A stretch of DNA of 64,000 bases from Mycoplasma sp. CAG:956 (GTDB taxonomy: Bacteria; Bacillota_I; Bacilli_A; RF39; UBA660): positions 133,712 through 197,711 of the forward strand of contig HF993109.1 of assembly GCA_000433475.1 (NCBI GenBank). Direction: 5' to 3'. Shown here one piece after another: positions 19,516 through 29,384 of the stretch; the first letter of the stretch is position 1, and the number at the start of each line of letters is the position of its first letter. A model generated the notes under the pieces. That model worked only from the letters and a program-made list of their open reading frames with translations, searched no databases and was not told the origin of the DNA. The position numbers were made by a program, and so were the translations under genes.

Positions 19516-20496
19516 ATGTTAGATAATAATTTAGATACTATAATTAATAAAACTTATATTATCGATAAAACCCCTTTAAATGAAGAAAAAATAAAAAAAG
19601 TAATAATAAGTCTAAAAGACAGTATTATTTCTAGTAAAGAAGAAATTACAGCGGCAAATGCTATAGATATAAAAAATCATAATGGCAATATAATTGACTT
19701 TTCTATTATTGAAAGAATATTTAAAAATATTAATAATGAAAAAATTTATTATGGTAATGTAACAACCCTAAAAAAAGATAATAATAAGTATTATGGCAAA
19801 CAATACTTTGATAAAGGCAATGTCTTAATTTTTAATACAGGCAATCCTTATATTATCTTAGAAATATTTTTAAAAAACTTTTTAGCAGGTAATACTTCTA
19901 TTATTGTTACTACTAATTATGCATATGGCTTAAATAAATTATTAGAAACCATTATTAAAACTGTGTTAGAAACAAATAATCTATCACCAGACTTTATTAA
20001 CTTACTTACAACTGATGCCCCCGAAGAATTATTAAAAAATAATTATGCCAATATTGATTTAGTAATAGCACTTGGTAATAAATCTTTCCAAAATAAGATT
20101 ACTAACTATTCTAAAGTACCTGTTTTACTTAGTGGCTATGAAACATTTGATTTATATATTGATGAAATGTTAGATAAAACTTTTCTAACAAAGATAATTA
20201 ATCTTCATTTACCAATGCACGTTTATATTAATAAAAATTTAAAAATTGATTTACGAGGTAGTATGTTAGTAGATGGAGTAGAGGAAGCTATTATGCAAAT
20301 TAATTATAATGGTAATGGTTATAGTAGTGCTATATTTACTAGTAATGATGATAATGCCGCTAATTTTATTAGTAAAGTTAAGTCCAAGATAGTTACGGTT
20401 AATACTAGTCCTACTATTGAAAGACTAATGGATATACAAGTTAAGGATTTAGTCTTAGAAAAGACCGTTATTTATCCTAATAAAAAGAAAAACTAG
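19516..20496 (+). CDS. Shortened gamma-glutamyl-phosphate reductase (ProA)-like protein lacking the ALDH catalytic Cys (probable pseudoenzyme)
   Basis: 326 aa vs ~415 for ProA; by-eye alignment, recalling the E. coli ProA sequence from memory: LDDAI.HIN.HG..HSDAILT.D...A.RFV..VDS.AVYVNASTRF vs ours VEEAIMQINYNGNGYSSAIFTSNDDNAANFISKVKSKIVTVNTSPTIE; position of the ProA ..STCNTVE.. catalytic Cys reads HLPMHVYINKN; start 3 nt after upstream stop. Confidence 0.5.
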   Translation: MLDNNLDTIINKTYIIDKTPLNEEKIKKVIISLKDSIISSKEEITAANAIDIKNHNGNIIDFSIIERIFKNINNEKIYYGNVTTLKKDNNKYYGKQYFDKGNVLIFNTGNPYIILEIFLKNFLAGNTSIIVTTNYAYGLNKLLETIIKTVLETNNLSPDFINLLTTDAPEELLKNNYANIDLVIALGNKSFQNKITNYSKVPVLLSGYETFDLYIDEMLDKTFLTKIINLHLPMHVYINKNLKIDLRGSMLVDGVEEAIMQINYNGNGYSSAIFTSNDDNAANFISKVKSKIVTVNTSPTIERLMDIQVKDLVLEKTVIYPNKKKN

Positions 20497-20515
20497 AATA
20501 TAAATTGTTTCAAAT

Positions 20516-20551
20516 AAAAAATATCAAGGTTTGTTTTCTTGATATTTTTTT
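20516..20551. terminator. Bidirectional rho-independent terminator between convergent genes
   Basis: aaaaa-ATATCAAG-9nt loop-CTTGATAT-ttttt. Confidence 0.6.
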
Positions 20552-20555
20552 AAAC

Positions 20556-21605
20556 TTAGTTACTAGATGAACTATTTTTTTTGTTTTCTTGAATTTTTAA
20601 TAATGAATTTTGAATATAATTTGTATAATTAGTATTTAAATCATCATCAATAATATTCATACCATATTCTTTACGAACAGCTTGCATTGATTTAATATAA
20701 GCTTCTTGGTTTTTACTTAAATAATCACTTACTAAAGCATCAATAATTTTATCTCTAACATCTTCTAATTTGGCTTTTTCTTTAGTTTCTGTACGATATA
20801 CTAAGTGATATCCTAATTCAGTCTCAACAATGTTAGATGAATATTCACCATCTTTTAATTTGTAAGCTTCAGTAACAAGATTATTATAGTTAGAACCTAA
20901 AGTATCAGTATTAATAAATCCTAAACTACCACCATCGTTTTTAGAAGAATCATCATTAGAATATTCTTTAGCAAGTTCACTAAAAGTATCTGCAATCTTA
21001 CTCTTATCAGCAGCTTTTAATTTATCAAGTGCTTCTTGAGCTTTTGCTTTAGCTTCATTTTTAGCCTTAGTTTTATCATCATCAGAAGCATCAGATGCAT
21101 AATTAACACTAATTAGAATATGAGAAACTTTAATATCAGGTTTAATTTCATCATTATAATATTTTTTGATATCTTTTTCACCAATATTATCTTTAGCATA
21201 ATCTTCAGCTGCTTTATTTTGTAAGTAGCTTAAATATACATAATCTTTATATTCATCAAGTGTTTGATATCCAGTATAAGTTTGGATAGCGCTAAGTAAT
21301 TTATCACCATAACTAGTTTCTAATTGACTCATAACTGAATCAGCATTCTTATGAGCTTCTTCAGTAGAATCAGCATATTTCTTTTCTAATATCATTTTAT
21401 CAATCATATTTAAGATGACTTCAGTTCCATATTTATCCTTCATTTGATTATAGAAATCGGTAACACTGATTTTAGCATCCTCATTAAATGTTACAACAGC
21501 TTGATCTCCGTTTTCTAAAGTTGGTATCGTCTTTGCACCACAACCACTAAGCAATGTCATACTGGCAAGACTAAGTGCTACTACTTTTTGTATTTTCTTA
21601 TTCAT
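20556..21605 (-). CDS. prsA: PrsA-like lipoprotein foldase (PpiC-type peptidyl-prolyl isomerase)
   Basis: Signal peptide with lipobox LLSG-C; parvulin motifs SHILI...GGSLGF...GYHLVY; RBS AGGAGAG. Confidence 0.75.
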   Translation of the reverse strand: MNKKIQKVVALSLASMTLLSGCGAKTIPTLENGDQAVVTFNEDAKISVTDFYNQMKDKYGTEVILNMIDKMILEKKYADSTEEAHKNADSVMSQLETSYGDKLLSAIQTYTGYQTLDEYKDYVYLSYLQNKAAEDYAKDNIGEKDIKKYYNDEIKPDIKVSHILISVNYASDASDDDKTKAKNEAKAKAQEALDKLKAADKSKIADTFSELAKEYSNDDSSKNDGGSLGFINTDTLGSNYNNLVTEAYKLKDGEYSSNIVETELGYHLVYRTETKEKAKLEDVRDKIIDALVSDYLSKNQEAYIKSMQAVRKEYGMNIIDDDLNTNYTNYIQNSLLKIQENKKNSSSSN

Positions 21606-22138
21606 TTTAATCTCTCCTCTAATGCATTATAGCATATTTGCAAGGAGTGTTACTATAAATTTTGATGATTTTGCTTAATTTTTTGGCATACTTCTGGGCT
21701 TTTTATGATATCTTTACAAATTGAAAACAAGTACTAACTAATTTTTGCTTTATTAGTTTGTTCTTTTTGAATCTTAATTACCTCATCAACAGACTATTAA
21801 CAAACTTAGAAATTTGTTCTGGCATTAATCCTAAACCAATAGAATTTTTAATAGTTTCATTTTTTAGAAGTAAGTAACATTAAGGCTCTTTTTTGTCAAT
21901 CATCATAATTTCGTTATGAAAATTATCTTCTAATTTATCAAGGGCAATTAAAATAGTTGTCACTGCAAATGGGTATTTAACTTACAAATCTTCTTCTTTT
22001 ATAACAAAACGATTAACTATCTTACGATTAAATGGCAGACTGGAACATAATCGATATCAATTACTTAATTAAAATATCATACACAAAAAAATTTCCTTAC
22101 CATAATATATAATGAGACTTATAAAAGGAGGGAAATTT

Positions 22139-22231
22139 ATGAATAACGGATGCGGATGCAACGGCATGGGTCCTGCTATTATCTTAGTTTTATTTATATT
22201 ATTAATTATCATAGTTGGAGCTTTTATTTAA
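22139..22231 (+). CDS. Tiny membrane peptide (30 aa) resembling the YjcZ / tiny-TM family of Bacillus-like Firmicutes
   Basis: AAAGGAGGG RBS 7 nt before ATG; MNNGCGCNGMGPAIILVLFILLIIIVGAFI (Gly/Cys head + ..LVLFILLIIVGA.. core); below 60-aa cutoff so absent from ORF track. Confidence 0.55.
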   Translation: MNNGCGCNGMGPAIILVLFILLIIIVGAFI

Positions 22232-22240
22232 GGTGATATT

Positions 22241-22357
22241 ATGGAAAAGTGTGTAAAAAAGGATACTTGTCCTAATAAAACCAATCAAAACTACTTATTT
22301 ATAATAGTTCTTTATATTTTACTTGCTATTATATTATCTAGTTTCATCTTTTATTAA
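22241..22357 (+). CDS. Second tiny membrane peptide (38 aa), tandem to the first
   Basis: ATG 9 nt after previous stop; MEKCVKKDTCPNKTNQNYLFIIVLYILLAIILSSFIFY; Cys-containing head + single TM. Confidence 0.4.
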   Translation: MEKCVKKDTCPNKTNQNYLFIIVLYILLAIILSSFIFY

Positions 22358-22436
22358 AAGGGGAAAACCCTTTTTTTCTAATGCTTTTTTTTAATATTTA
22401 TATTATAATGGAATTGTTAGGAAAGTAGGATGTATT

Positions 22437-24725
22437 ATGGCAAAAAAGAAAAAACGTAAAAATAGTGATGATAAGGCTAAAGGCTATAGTGTTGAGTTAA
22501 CTGGTCTTATTATTGTTTTAATAGGTATTATTGGTTTTGGCTTCGGCATCGTTGGTGCTATGATAAAAAAATTTGCTATCTTTTTAGTTGGTGAATTTTG
22601 GTTTGCCTTACTTATTCTTTTAGTGATTATTGGTATTATGATGTTATTTAGACGTAATTTACCTAACTTTAAATCAGCTAAATGGACCGGTATATTTATA
22701 TTACTAGCAGTTATTTTAATTTTAGCTCATGCTACCTTCATAAAAAATAATTATACATTTACCAGTGTACTTAATGCGACAAAAGATAACTATATGGAAC
22801 GCATTGCAACAATTAATGGTACGGGTCCTATTTTATCAAGTGGTCAAAGTTCTATTAGTGTTGGTGGTGGCATAATTGGGGCTTTACTTGCTGGTGGTTT
22901 AGTCCAATTATTTGGCTACATTGGTACTATGATAACTATTTCTATTTGTGCTATTTTTGGTATTGTCTTATTCTTTGATATTAATTTAGCTGAAGTATTC
23001 ACAAATATTAAAGACTATATTGTTAATACTTTCTTTGAAAGCGATGACGATGAAGAAGATGATGATGAGGAAGAATCAGATAAACACGTCGAAGAAATAC
23101 CTATTACTAAAGCTACTCCGCAAGTGCCAGATGCAGATAACAAAGTAATTATTACTAGTGTTGATGAATTAAAACAACGTACAGGATTTGAACAACCAAG
23201 AGAAATTCCAGTTACAACAGGTGAGACTATAAGCAGCAGTGAACAACAAGAAGACAAATTAGTATTTGTTAATGACAATTATCGTTTGCCTGATATTAAT
23301 AAGATTTTAGATCCTATTAAGAAAGACAATAAAACTAATTCCACAGAATTTATTCGCAGTAATAAAAATATCTTAGAAAGAGTCCTAAAAGAATTTGGCA
23401 TTGAAGGTAAAGTAGTAGAGATTCATATGGGACCAGCTGTTACGCAGTATGAAGTCCATATTCCTGCTGGTACTAAACTAAGTCGTATTGTTTCTTTAGA
23501 TAAAGAAATTGCCCTCGGTATGGCGGCTAAATCAGTTAAAATAGAAGCCCCAATCCCAGGTAAAAATACAGTTGGTATTGAAATCCCTAACCCAGTTATT
23601 TCTTCTGTTCAAATTAAAGAAGTTATGGCAAACATTCCTCCTAATCAGTTAAAAGCTAAGATTTTAGTATCTTTAGGTAAAGATATCATGGGTCGTGTCC
23701 AAACTGCTGATATTTCAAAAATGCCTCACCTTTTAGTAGCGGGTTCTACTGGTTCTGGTAAATCTGTTTGTATTAACTCATTCATCGCTAGTATTTTAAT
23801 GCGTTATCGTCCTGATGAAGTAAAATTAATGATGGTTGATCCTAAGAAAGTTGAACTTTCTAATTACAATGGGGTTCCTCATCTATTATGTCCAGTTGTA
23901 ACTGATCCTAAGAAAGCCTCTCTTGCTCTACAAAGAATAGTAGAAGAGATGGAACATCGCTATGACTTATTTGAAGAAAATGGTGTTAAAAATATTTCTG
24001 GTTATAATGAAATGATAGATAAATATAATGAAGATAATCCTGATGATAAAAAGAAACACATGACTTATATCGTTGTTATAATAGATGAGTTAGCCGACCT
24101 TATGATGGTTGCCTCTAAAGAAGTAGAAGACTCCATTATGCGTATTACCCAGATGGCTCGTGCTGCTGGCATCCATTTAATTGTTGCTACTCAAAGACCA
24201 TCAACTGACGTTATTACTGGTGTTGTTAAAGCTAATATTCCATCTCGTATTTCTTTTGCCGTATCAAGTCAAATCGATTCTCGTACTATCTTAGATTGCT
24301 CAGGAGCTGAAAAACTATTAGGAAAAGGTGATATGTTATATTTACCAATGGGCGAAAATGCCCCAATCCGTATTCAAGGGTGTTTCATTTCTGATGATGA
24401 GATAAGACGTTTAATTGAATATGTTTGTTCACAACAACAAGCAAACTACGATACAAGAATAACCGCTCCTAAAGAAGAAGACCATAATCCGGTATCTGGA
24501 GAAAAAGAAGACTATGAAGATCCTTTATACAATGAAATAGTAGAATTTGCTATAAATACTGGTAAGATTTCTGCATCATTACTTCAAAGAAGATTTAGAC
24601 TAGGTTATAACCGTGCCGCAAGATGTATTGATTTACTTGAAGAACGTGGTATTATTGGACCTGCTAATGGTTCTAAACCAAGAGAGGTTTTAGTTAAATT
24701 AGAATCAAAAACACCAGAAGATTAG
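22437..24725 (+). CDS. ftsK: DNA translocase FtsK/SpoIIIE
   Basis: 4 N-terminal TM helices, acidic linker, Walker A VAGSTGSGKS, Walker B IVVIIDELAD, C-terminal gamma winged-helix LLQRRFRLGYNRAARCIDLLEERGIIGP. Confidence 0.95.
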   Translation: MAKKKKRKNSDDKAKGYSVELTGLIIVLIGIIGFGFGIVGAMIKKFAIFLVGEFWFALLILLVIIGIMMLFRRNLPNFKSAKWTGIFILLAVILILAHATFIKNNYTFTSVLNATKDNYMERIATINGTGPILSSGQSSISVGGGIIGALLAGGLVQLFGYIGTMITISICAIFGIVLFFDINLAEVFTNIKDYIVNTFFESDDDEEDDDEEESDKHVEEIPITKATPQVPDADNKVIITSVDELKQRTGFEQPREIPVTTGETISSSEQQEDKLVFVNDNYRLPDINKILDPIKKDNKTNSTEFIRSNKNILERVLKEFGIEGKVVEIHMGPAVTQYEVHIPAGTKLSRIVSLDKEIALGMAAKSVKIEAPIPGKNTVGIEIPNPVISSVQIKEVMANIPPNQLKAKILVSLGKDIMGRVQTADISKMPHLLVAGSTGSGKSVCINSFIASILMRYRPDEVKLMMVDPKKVELSNYNGVPHLLCPVVTDPKKASLALQRIVEEMEHRYDLFEENGVKNISGYNEMIDKYNEDNPDDKKKHMTYIVVIIDELADLMMVASKEVEDSIMRITQMARAAGIHLIVATQRPSTDVITGVVKANIPSRISFAVSSQIDSRTILDCSGAEKLLGKGDMLYLPMGENAPIRIQGCFISDDEIRRLIEYVCSQQQANYDTRITAPKEEDHNPVSGEKEDYEDPLYNEIVEFAINTGKISASLLQRRFRLGYNRAARCIDLLEERGIIGPANGSKPREVLVKLESKTPED

Positions 24726-24744
24726 AATCTTAATTAATTGGAAA

Positions 24745-25152
24745 ATGCAACAACATGAAGTCATAACTAAATTTAAATTTACTTTTCTTAAATATTATGT
24801 TATTATCGTAGCGAAAAAATGGGAAAAATATGATATATCTAAAAACTTAATAAATACTATTCTTACTGAAAATTATGAAGAAGTATTAAAATATTATAGT
24901 TCAATTAACTTAGTTTTGGCTATTTCGGTTTTAGATGTTTATGAGGCTATAACCTTAATTAATGCTAGTAGTAATCTTTATAGTGCATCTATATTTACAA
25001 GTGATGATACTATCGCTAGAACTTTTATAAAAGATATTCATACTAAAAAAGTAATGGTAAATGCCAGTCCTTTATTAGAAAGTTTTCTTGATATAAAAGA
25101 AGAAGATTTAGTTGATATAAAAGAAATATATAGTGCTTATTCTAATAATTAA
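24745..25152 (+). pseudogene. C-terminal ProA-like fragment, paralogous to the C-terminus of 19516..20496
   Basis: ...ISVLDVYEAITLINASSNLYSASIFTSDDTIARTFIKDIHTKKVMVNASPLLE.. aligns with ..VEEAIMQINYNGNGYSSAIFTSNDDNAANFISKVKSKIVTVNTSPTIE..; only 135 aa, no RBS. Confidence 0.4.
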
Positions 25153-25331
25153 TAAGATAAACCCTGATTCGTATTTTTGCTGAATTGGGGTTTTTATAAT
25201 ACAATCTAAATATTAAGATTATCAATCTTTTTTTGAAATCACCTAAAATAATTATGAAAAATAACCCAAAAGCGGTTGCTAAAAACTGGAAAATATAATA
25301 AAATAATCTATACGGAAGAGTGGGGATTAGA

Positions 25332-26687
25332 ATGCCAGCAAAGAAGAAAATAAAAACAAAAAAAACAACTACAACTAATAAAGGAGTAAAGAAAAGTACC
25401 AAGAAAGTAACTACTAAATCTCCAACTAAAAAATCAACAACTAAAGACTTAAAAAAGGAGATTGAAAAAACAACAACTCCTAAAAAGGTTATAAAAAAGC
25501 AAACTACTAAAACAACTAAGGATACCAAAAAAGTATCTAAAATGCCTAAAACTACTAAGAAGACTACTCCTAAAAAGCCAGTTGTAGTAAAAGCTGAAAA
25601 TGAAAAAATAAAAGAAACCATTGAATTACCAAAAACTAAAGCTCAAGTAAAACTAGAAGAAGAAACTAGAAAATTAGAATTAAAACAAGAGTTAGAACGT
25701 AAATTAGCCTTAGAAGAAAATTTAGAAAAGACTCATGAACTTAATTTAAAGAAGATAAATAAAACTAGAAAGAAAAGCCATGCTCAAAATATTGCTCGTG
25801 AAAAAACCAATGATTTTGTTAAAAAATTAAAAAAATTACAACGAAAAATAAAAATATATGGCATCGATAGTGTTATTCCTAAAAAATATATTGCAACGAC
25901 AGTAGTAGCTATCTTAATAATTCTTATTTGTATTATGAGTATTAATATGGTTAAACCAGAAATTGATAATATTAATCTTGAAAATGTTTCTGAAGAAATT
26001 GATCAGTTAAAGACCCTAAGTTTTGAAATAAGTAATACTAGTAATGTTATTGAAGAAAGCAAAGCCTACAAAAGTGAGTTAAAAGAATATTATGAATACG
26101 ATTTTTCCACCTTCGGTCTCCAAAGAAGTTGGTTAGATGAATTTAAAATATTTTATAATGAAAAAAATAAACAATTGTTTTTTGTTTTAAAACCAACTAA
26201 CGATAATAACGATAATGTAACGGGTGCTATTGAAAAATTTTTAAAAACCAATAAAATTAATACTACTAAAGAAGAATATGATGGTTATATCTTCTATATT
26301 AATAGTAACGATGATAAAAAAGTAGTTAGTAAAATTAAACAAAGTCAAATTAAAGTATTTGATATCTTACAAGAACTAAATAAAGACGAAATCAAAGAAA
26401 AATATGGTATAGAAAGTTCTCTTTATAAAGAATATAAAGTTAAAACAGCCATGATAGTTAAATCTGATGTAACAGAATATTTACTATTTTATCCTAAGAA
26501 CCATACAGCTGCTAAAGAAATAGAAAAGTTGATGGATGAGTATTACGAGAAAAGAGAAGAAAAATGGGCAAACAATGAAGAAAATCTTAACCTCATTAAA
26601 AATCGTTATACTGGTAATTACAATGGCTATTTAGTGTATATTGTTTCTAAAGATAATGACCTAGTTTTACAATTATTGAAAAAATAG
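25332..26687 (+). CDS. Bitopic membrane protein with Lys/Thr-rich low-complexity cytoplasmic N-tail
   Basis: ATG 25332 (tool start 25320 is GTG); ~85 aa of KKTTTK-type repeats, coiled-coil segment, TM IATTVVAILIILICIMSINMV, ~230-aa extracytoplasmic domain. Confidence 0.65.
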   Translation: MPAKKKIKTKKTTTTNKGVKKSTKKVTTKSPTKKSTTKDLKKEIEKTTTPKKVIKKQTTKTTKDTKKVSKMPKTTKKTTPKKPVVVKAENEKIKETIELPKTKAQVKLEEETRKLELKQELERKLALEENLEKTHELNLKKINKTRKKSHAQNIAREKTNDFVKKLKKLQRKIKIYGIDSVIPKKYIATTVVAILIILICIMSINMVKPEIDNINLENVSEEIDQLKTLSFEISNTSNVIEESKAYKSELKEYYEYDFSTFGLQRSWLDEFKIFYNEKNKQLFFVLKPTNDNNDNVTGAIEKFLKTNKINTTKEEYDGYIFYINSNDDKKVVSKIKQSQIKVFDILQELNKDEIKEKYGIESSLYKEYKVKTAMIVKSDVTEYLLFYPKNHTAAKEIEKLMDEYYEKREEKWANNEENLNLIKNRYTGNYNGYLVYIVSKDNDLVLQLLKK

Positions 26688-26828
26688 ATTTTAATAGATA
26701 AAAAATATGTCTAATAAAATCTATTTTTTTTATATTTAATTATCTAGAGTGTGTTAAAATAATTATGATAAGTAAGGTAGGTGAAGTAAAGATTTAAATT
26801 TAAATAATAAGAAAAAGAAAGGAAAAAC

Positions 26829-29381
26829 ATGGAAAAAAAGAATAAAGGCTTTACAATCCCTGAACTTTTGGCTGTTATTGTTATAATTGGCATCTTAGTA
26901 ACCATAGCATCCGCAAGTTATAATGGAATTAGTAAAACCTTAAAAGAAAAAACATATCAAAATAAAATAAACTTGATAAAAACTAAAGCCGTTGAATATG
27001 CAACCGATAATAATGTTGATGCTGAAACTATAAGTGTTGCAAAATTATTAAATGAAGGCTATCTAGAATTGGAAAATGATACGGAAGCCAATGAAAAACT
27101 AAATAATCCTAACGGTGGTTACTTAGATTGCTACCAAGTAAGCATTAATAAAAATATCGATGATTATGATATCAATGTTACTAGTGATGATACTTGTAAT
27201 ATGGCAAATCTTGATAATGCTTCTAGTAAAATTACTATTTATGCTTATGAGACAGAAAAGGTAAATAATAATGTTCAGATTAATTATGAAGCCTTAGGTA
27301 GTAATAACAATACTAAATGGACAAATAAAGACGTTTACTTATTTATTGATCCTAAAACTTTACCAGTTGAAGAACTAAGTAATGTTAAAATAACTTGGAC
27401 TCTTAATAATGAAATAATTACTAAAAATGGTAATTTAACTGATAGTGTTTCTAGTAATTTAGATTATGCCAATATCTATCAGGTAGAAACTAATTACTTA
27501 TATAATGCTATGGTAACTGCTCAGATTGAAATCGATGGTAAAAGATATAGTCAAAAAGCCAGTGTTAAGATTGATAAAGAAAAACCTAGTGTAGCTCTTG
27601 ATTTTAATGCTAGTTATGAAAAAATGGATGAACAAACGAGAAGAGCTACTAAAATTATTAATTTTAATGGTTCTGATGGTAGTGGTTCTGGTATTGGTCT
27701 TACTAAAGAAAATAATACTGTAGTTGGTTATTTCCTTACTGATGATGCCACTTACGTACCAAGTGCTAGTGACTTTAATATAACAACTGAGGCTCATCAA
27801 ACTAATGCTTATGAAAATGGTACTTATTATGGTTATACCATCGATGCTGTAGGTAATATTTCTAATCCTACTAGTATCAATATTGACAATGTTACTTACG
27901 ACTTACCAGTTTGTTTATTACCAAATGCTAATAAAACTTGGACTAACAAAGATTATACTTATACCTATGGCTGTAAAAATGATAAAGGAACTGGTTGTTC
28001 TTATGAATTAATAAGTAAAACTGTAACTACTGATACCGATACTTTACCAGATTTTGAATGGAAAGCAACTGATAATACTGGTAACTCTGTTAATTGTGAA
28101 TCTAAAGGCTTATCTGTTAAAGTTGATAAAACCGCACCAACTTGTAATATTACTGTTATAAGTGGTACCTTAGGACGTAATAATTGGTATACTACTGATG
28201 TTAAGTTAGCCCTAAATTACTCTGATAATTTAAGTGGCATAGCAGCATATGGCATTACAACCAGTACTAATGCCGACTTTAATTCAGAAAAAGAAACAAC
28301 CCTAAATTTTGATACTCCAGGTATAACTTACTATGGTTATGTTAAGGATAATGCTGGTAATGTAGGTACTTGTAATATTACTGTTAAAAGATTAACAACA
28401 CCACCAACTTGTAATCTTTCTCTAAGTGGTACTAAAGGAAATAACAATTGGTATCGTTCTAATGTTGCTGTTACTATGCAAACAAATGGTTATGGTATAA
28501 GTGAAAAGAAAATATACTCACCAAACGGTGCAGTAAATAATGATTATTATACGTTAACTTATGATACTAATAATGCTACTATTACTGGTAATGTGACTAA
28601 TGAAGCTGGTTTAACTGGTACTTGCTCTACAATTATAAAAAGAGATGTTACCCCGCCAGTTGCAACCTTAAGAATGAAAACTACTCATTATTGTTACCAT
28701 ACTATAAATGTAACTACATCTGGTGGTTGTGGTGATAGTAGTAGTTCTAGAGATATTGATTGTACAACTTGGGATAATAAAGGCTTTAATAACAGTTCAA
28801 CTTTAAATAGTTATTTAAGTAGTAATGTTGGCAGTTATAAATCTTATTCTTATAAAGGTAAAACTGAGGGAGATAATGTATCTTATAACCAAGCCGAATT
28901 AGTTTGCTCTGATAATATGACTACTAATGTAAGTTATAAAATAGGTAATAAATCGGGAGCTATTTATGATTTAGATAGCGATTCTAATGCCAGAAGTAAA
29001 ACTAACTATACTATGACCGGTACTTGTACCGATGAAGCTGGTAACCAAGCAAGCTCATCTAAAAACTTTTATCGTTATGAAGATGAACAATACTGTGAAA
29101 AAACCCATACAGAATATACTTGCGATAGTACTCATATCGAAGTTACTAACTGTGATGATGGTAAAAACTATACAACATCTAGTGGTAATAACTGTGGTGG
29201 TGCCGATTCTAACGGTGAATACGGTTCCAACGGTGATGGCTCATATTATGATTGCGGTTGGGGTAGCGGTGGCTCCGGTAGTACCAGTGATTGTGGACAC
29301 GTTAATGAAGTTTGTGACCACGAAACTAGTTACGAAGTATCCGATGGCTTTTATAAATGTGCCGATAATAAATGGAGATAA
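26829..29381 (+). CDS. Large (850 aa) type IV pilin-like / pseudopilin-like protein with class III signal peptide and repeated Ig-like modules
   Basis: RBS AAAGAAAGGA; N-terminus KG/FTIPELLAVIVIIGILVTIASASY (prepilin cleavage G, Glu+5, hydrophobic helix); three ~100-aa modules T.PTCN.(T/S)...G..G.NNWY...V.......D..SG......T......G.TGTC..I.KR; Gly/Ser/Cys-rich C-tail. Confidence 0.65.
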   Translation: MEKKNKGFTIPELLAVIVIIGILVTIASASYNGISKTLKEKTYQNKINLIKTKAVEYATDNNVDAETISVAKLLNEGYLELENDTEANEKLNNPNGGYLDCYQVSINKNIDDYDINVTSDDTCNMANLDNASSKITIYAYETEKVNNNVQINYEALGSNNNTKWTNKDVYLFIDPKTLPVEELSNVKITWTLNNEIITKNGNLTDSVSSNLDYANIYQVETNYLYNAMVTAQIEIDGKRYSQKASVKIDKEKPSVALDFNASYEKMDEQTRRATKIINFNGSDGSGSGIGLTKENNTVVGYFLTDDATYVPSASDFNITTEAHQTNAYENGTYYGYTIDAVGNISNPTSINIDNVTYDLPVCLLPNANKTWTNKDYTYTYGCKNDKGTGCSYELISKTVTTDTDTLPDFEWKATDNTGNSVNCESKGLSVKVDKTAPTCNITVISGTLGRNNWYTTDVKLALNYSDNLSGIAAYGITTSTNADFNSEKETTLNFDTPGITYYGYVKDNAGNVGTCNITVKRLTTPPTCNLSLSGTKGNNNWYRSNVAVTMQTNGYGISEKKIYSPNGAVNNDYYTLTYDTNNATITGNVTNEAGLTGTCSTIIKRDVTPPVATLRMKTTHYCYHTINVTTSGGCGDSSSSRDIDCTTWDNKGFNNSSTLNSYLSSNVGSYKSYSYKGKTEGDNVSYNQAELVCSDNMTTNVSYKIGNKSGAIYDLDSDSNARSKTNYTMTGTCTDEAGNQASSSKNFYRYEDEQYCEKTHTEYTCDSTHIEVTNCDDGKNYTTSSGNNCGGADSNGEYGSNGDGSYYDCGWGSGGSGSTSDCGHVNEVCDHETSYEVSDGFYKCADNKWR

Positions 29382-29384
29382 ATT

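Noticed and set aside
25142-25621. Minus-strand 159-aa ORF overlapping the Lys/Thr-rich gene
   Set aside because: It is a mirror image of an AAA/ACT-rich low-complexity region. It gives poly-Val/Phe nonsense, and the plus-strand gene is far longer with a proper start.
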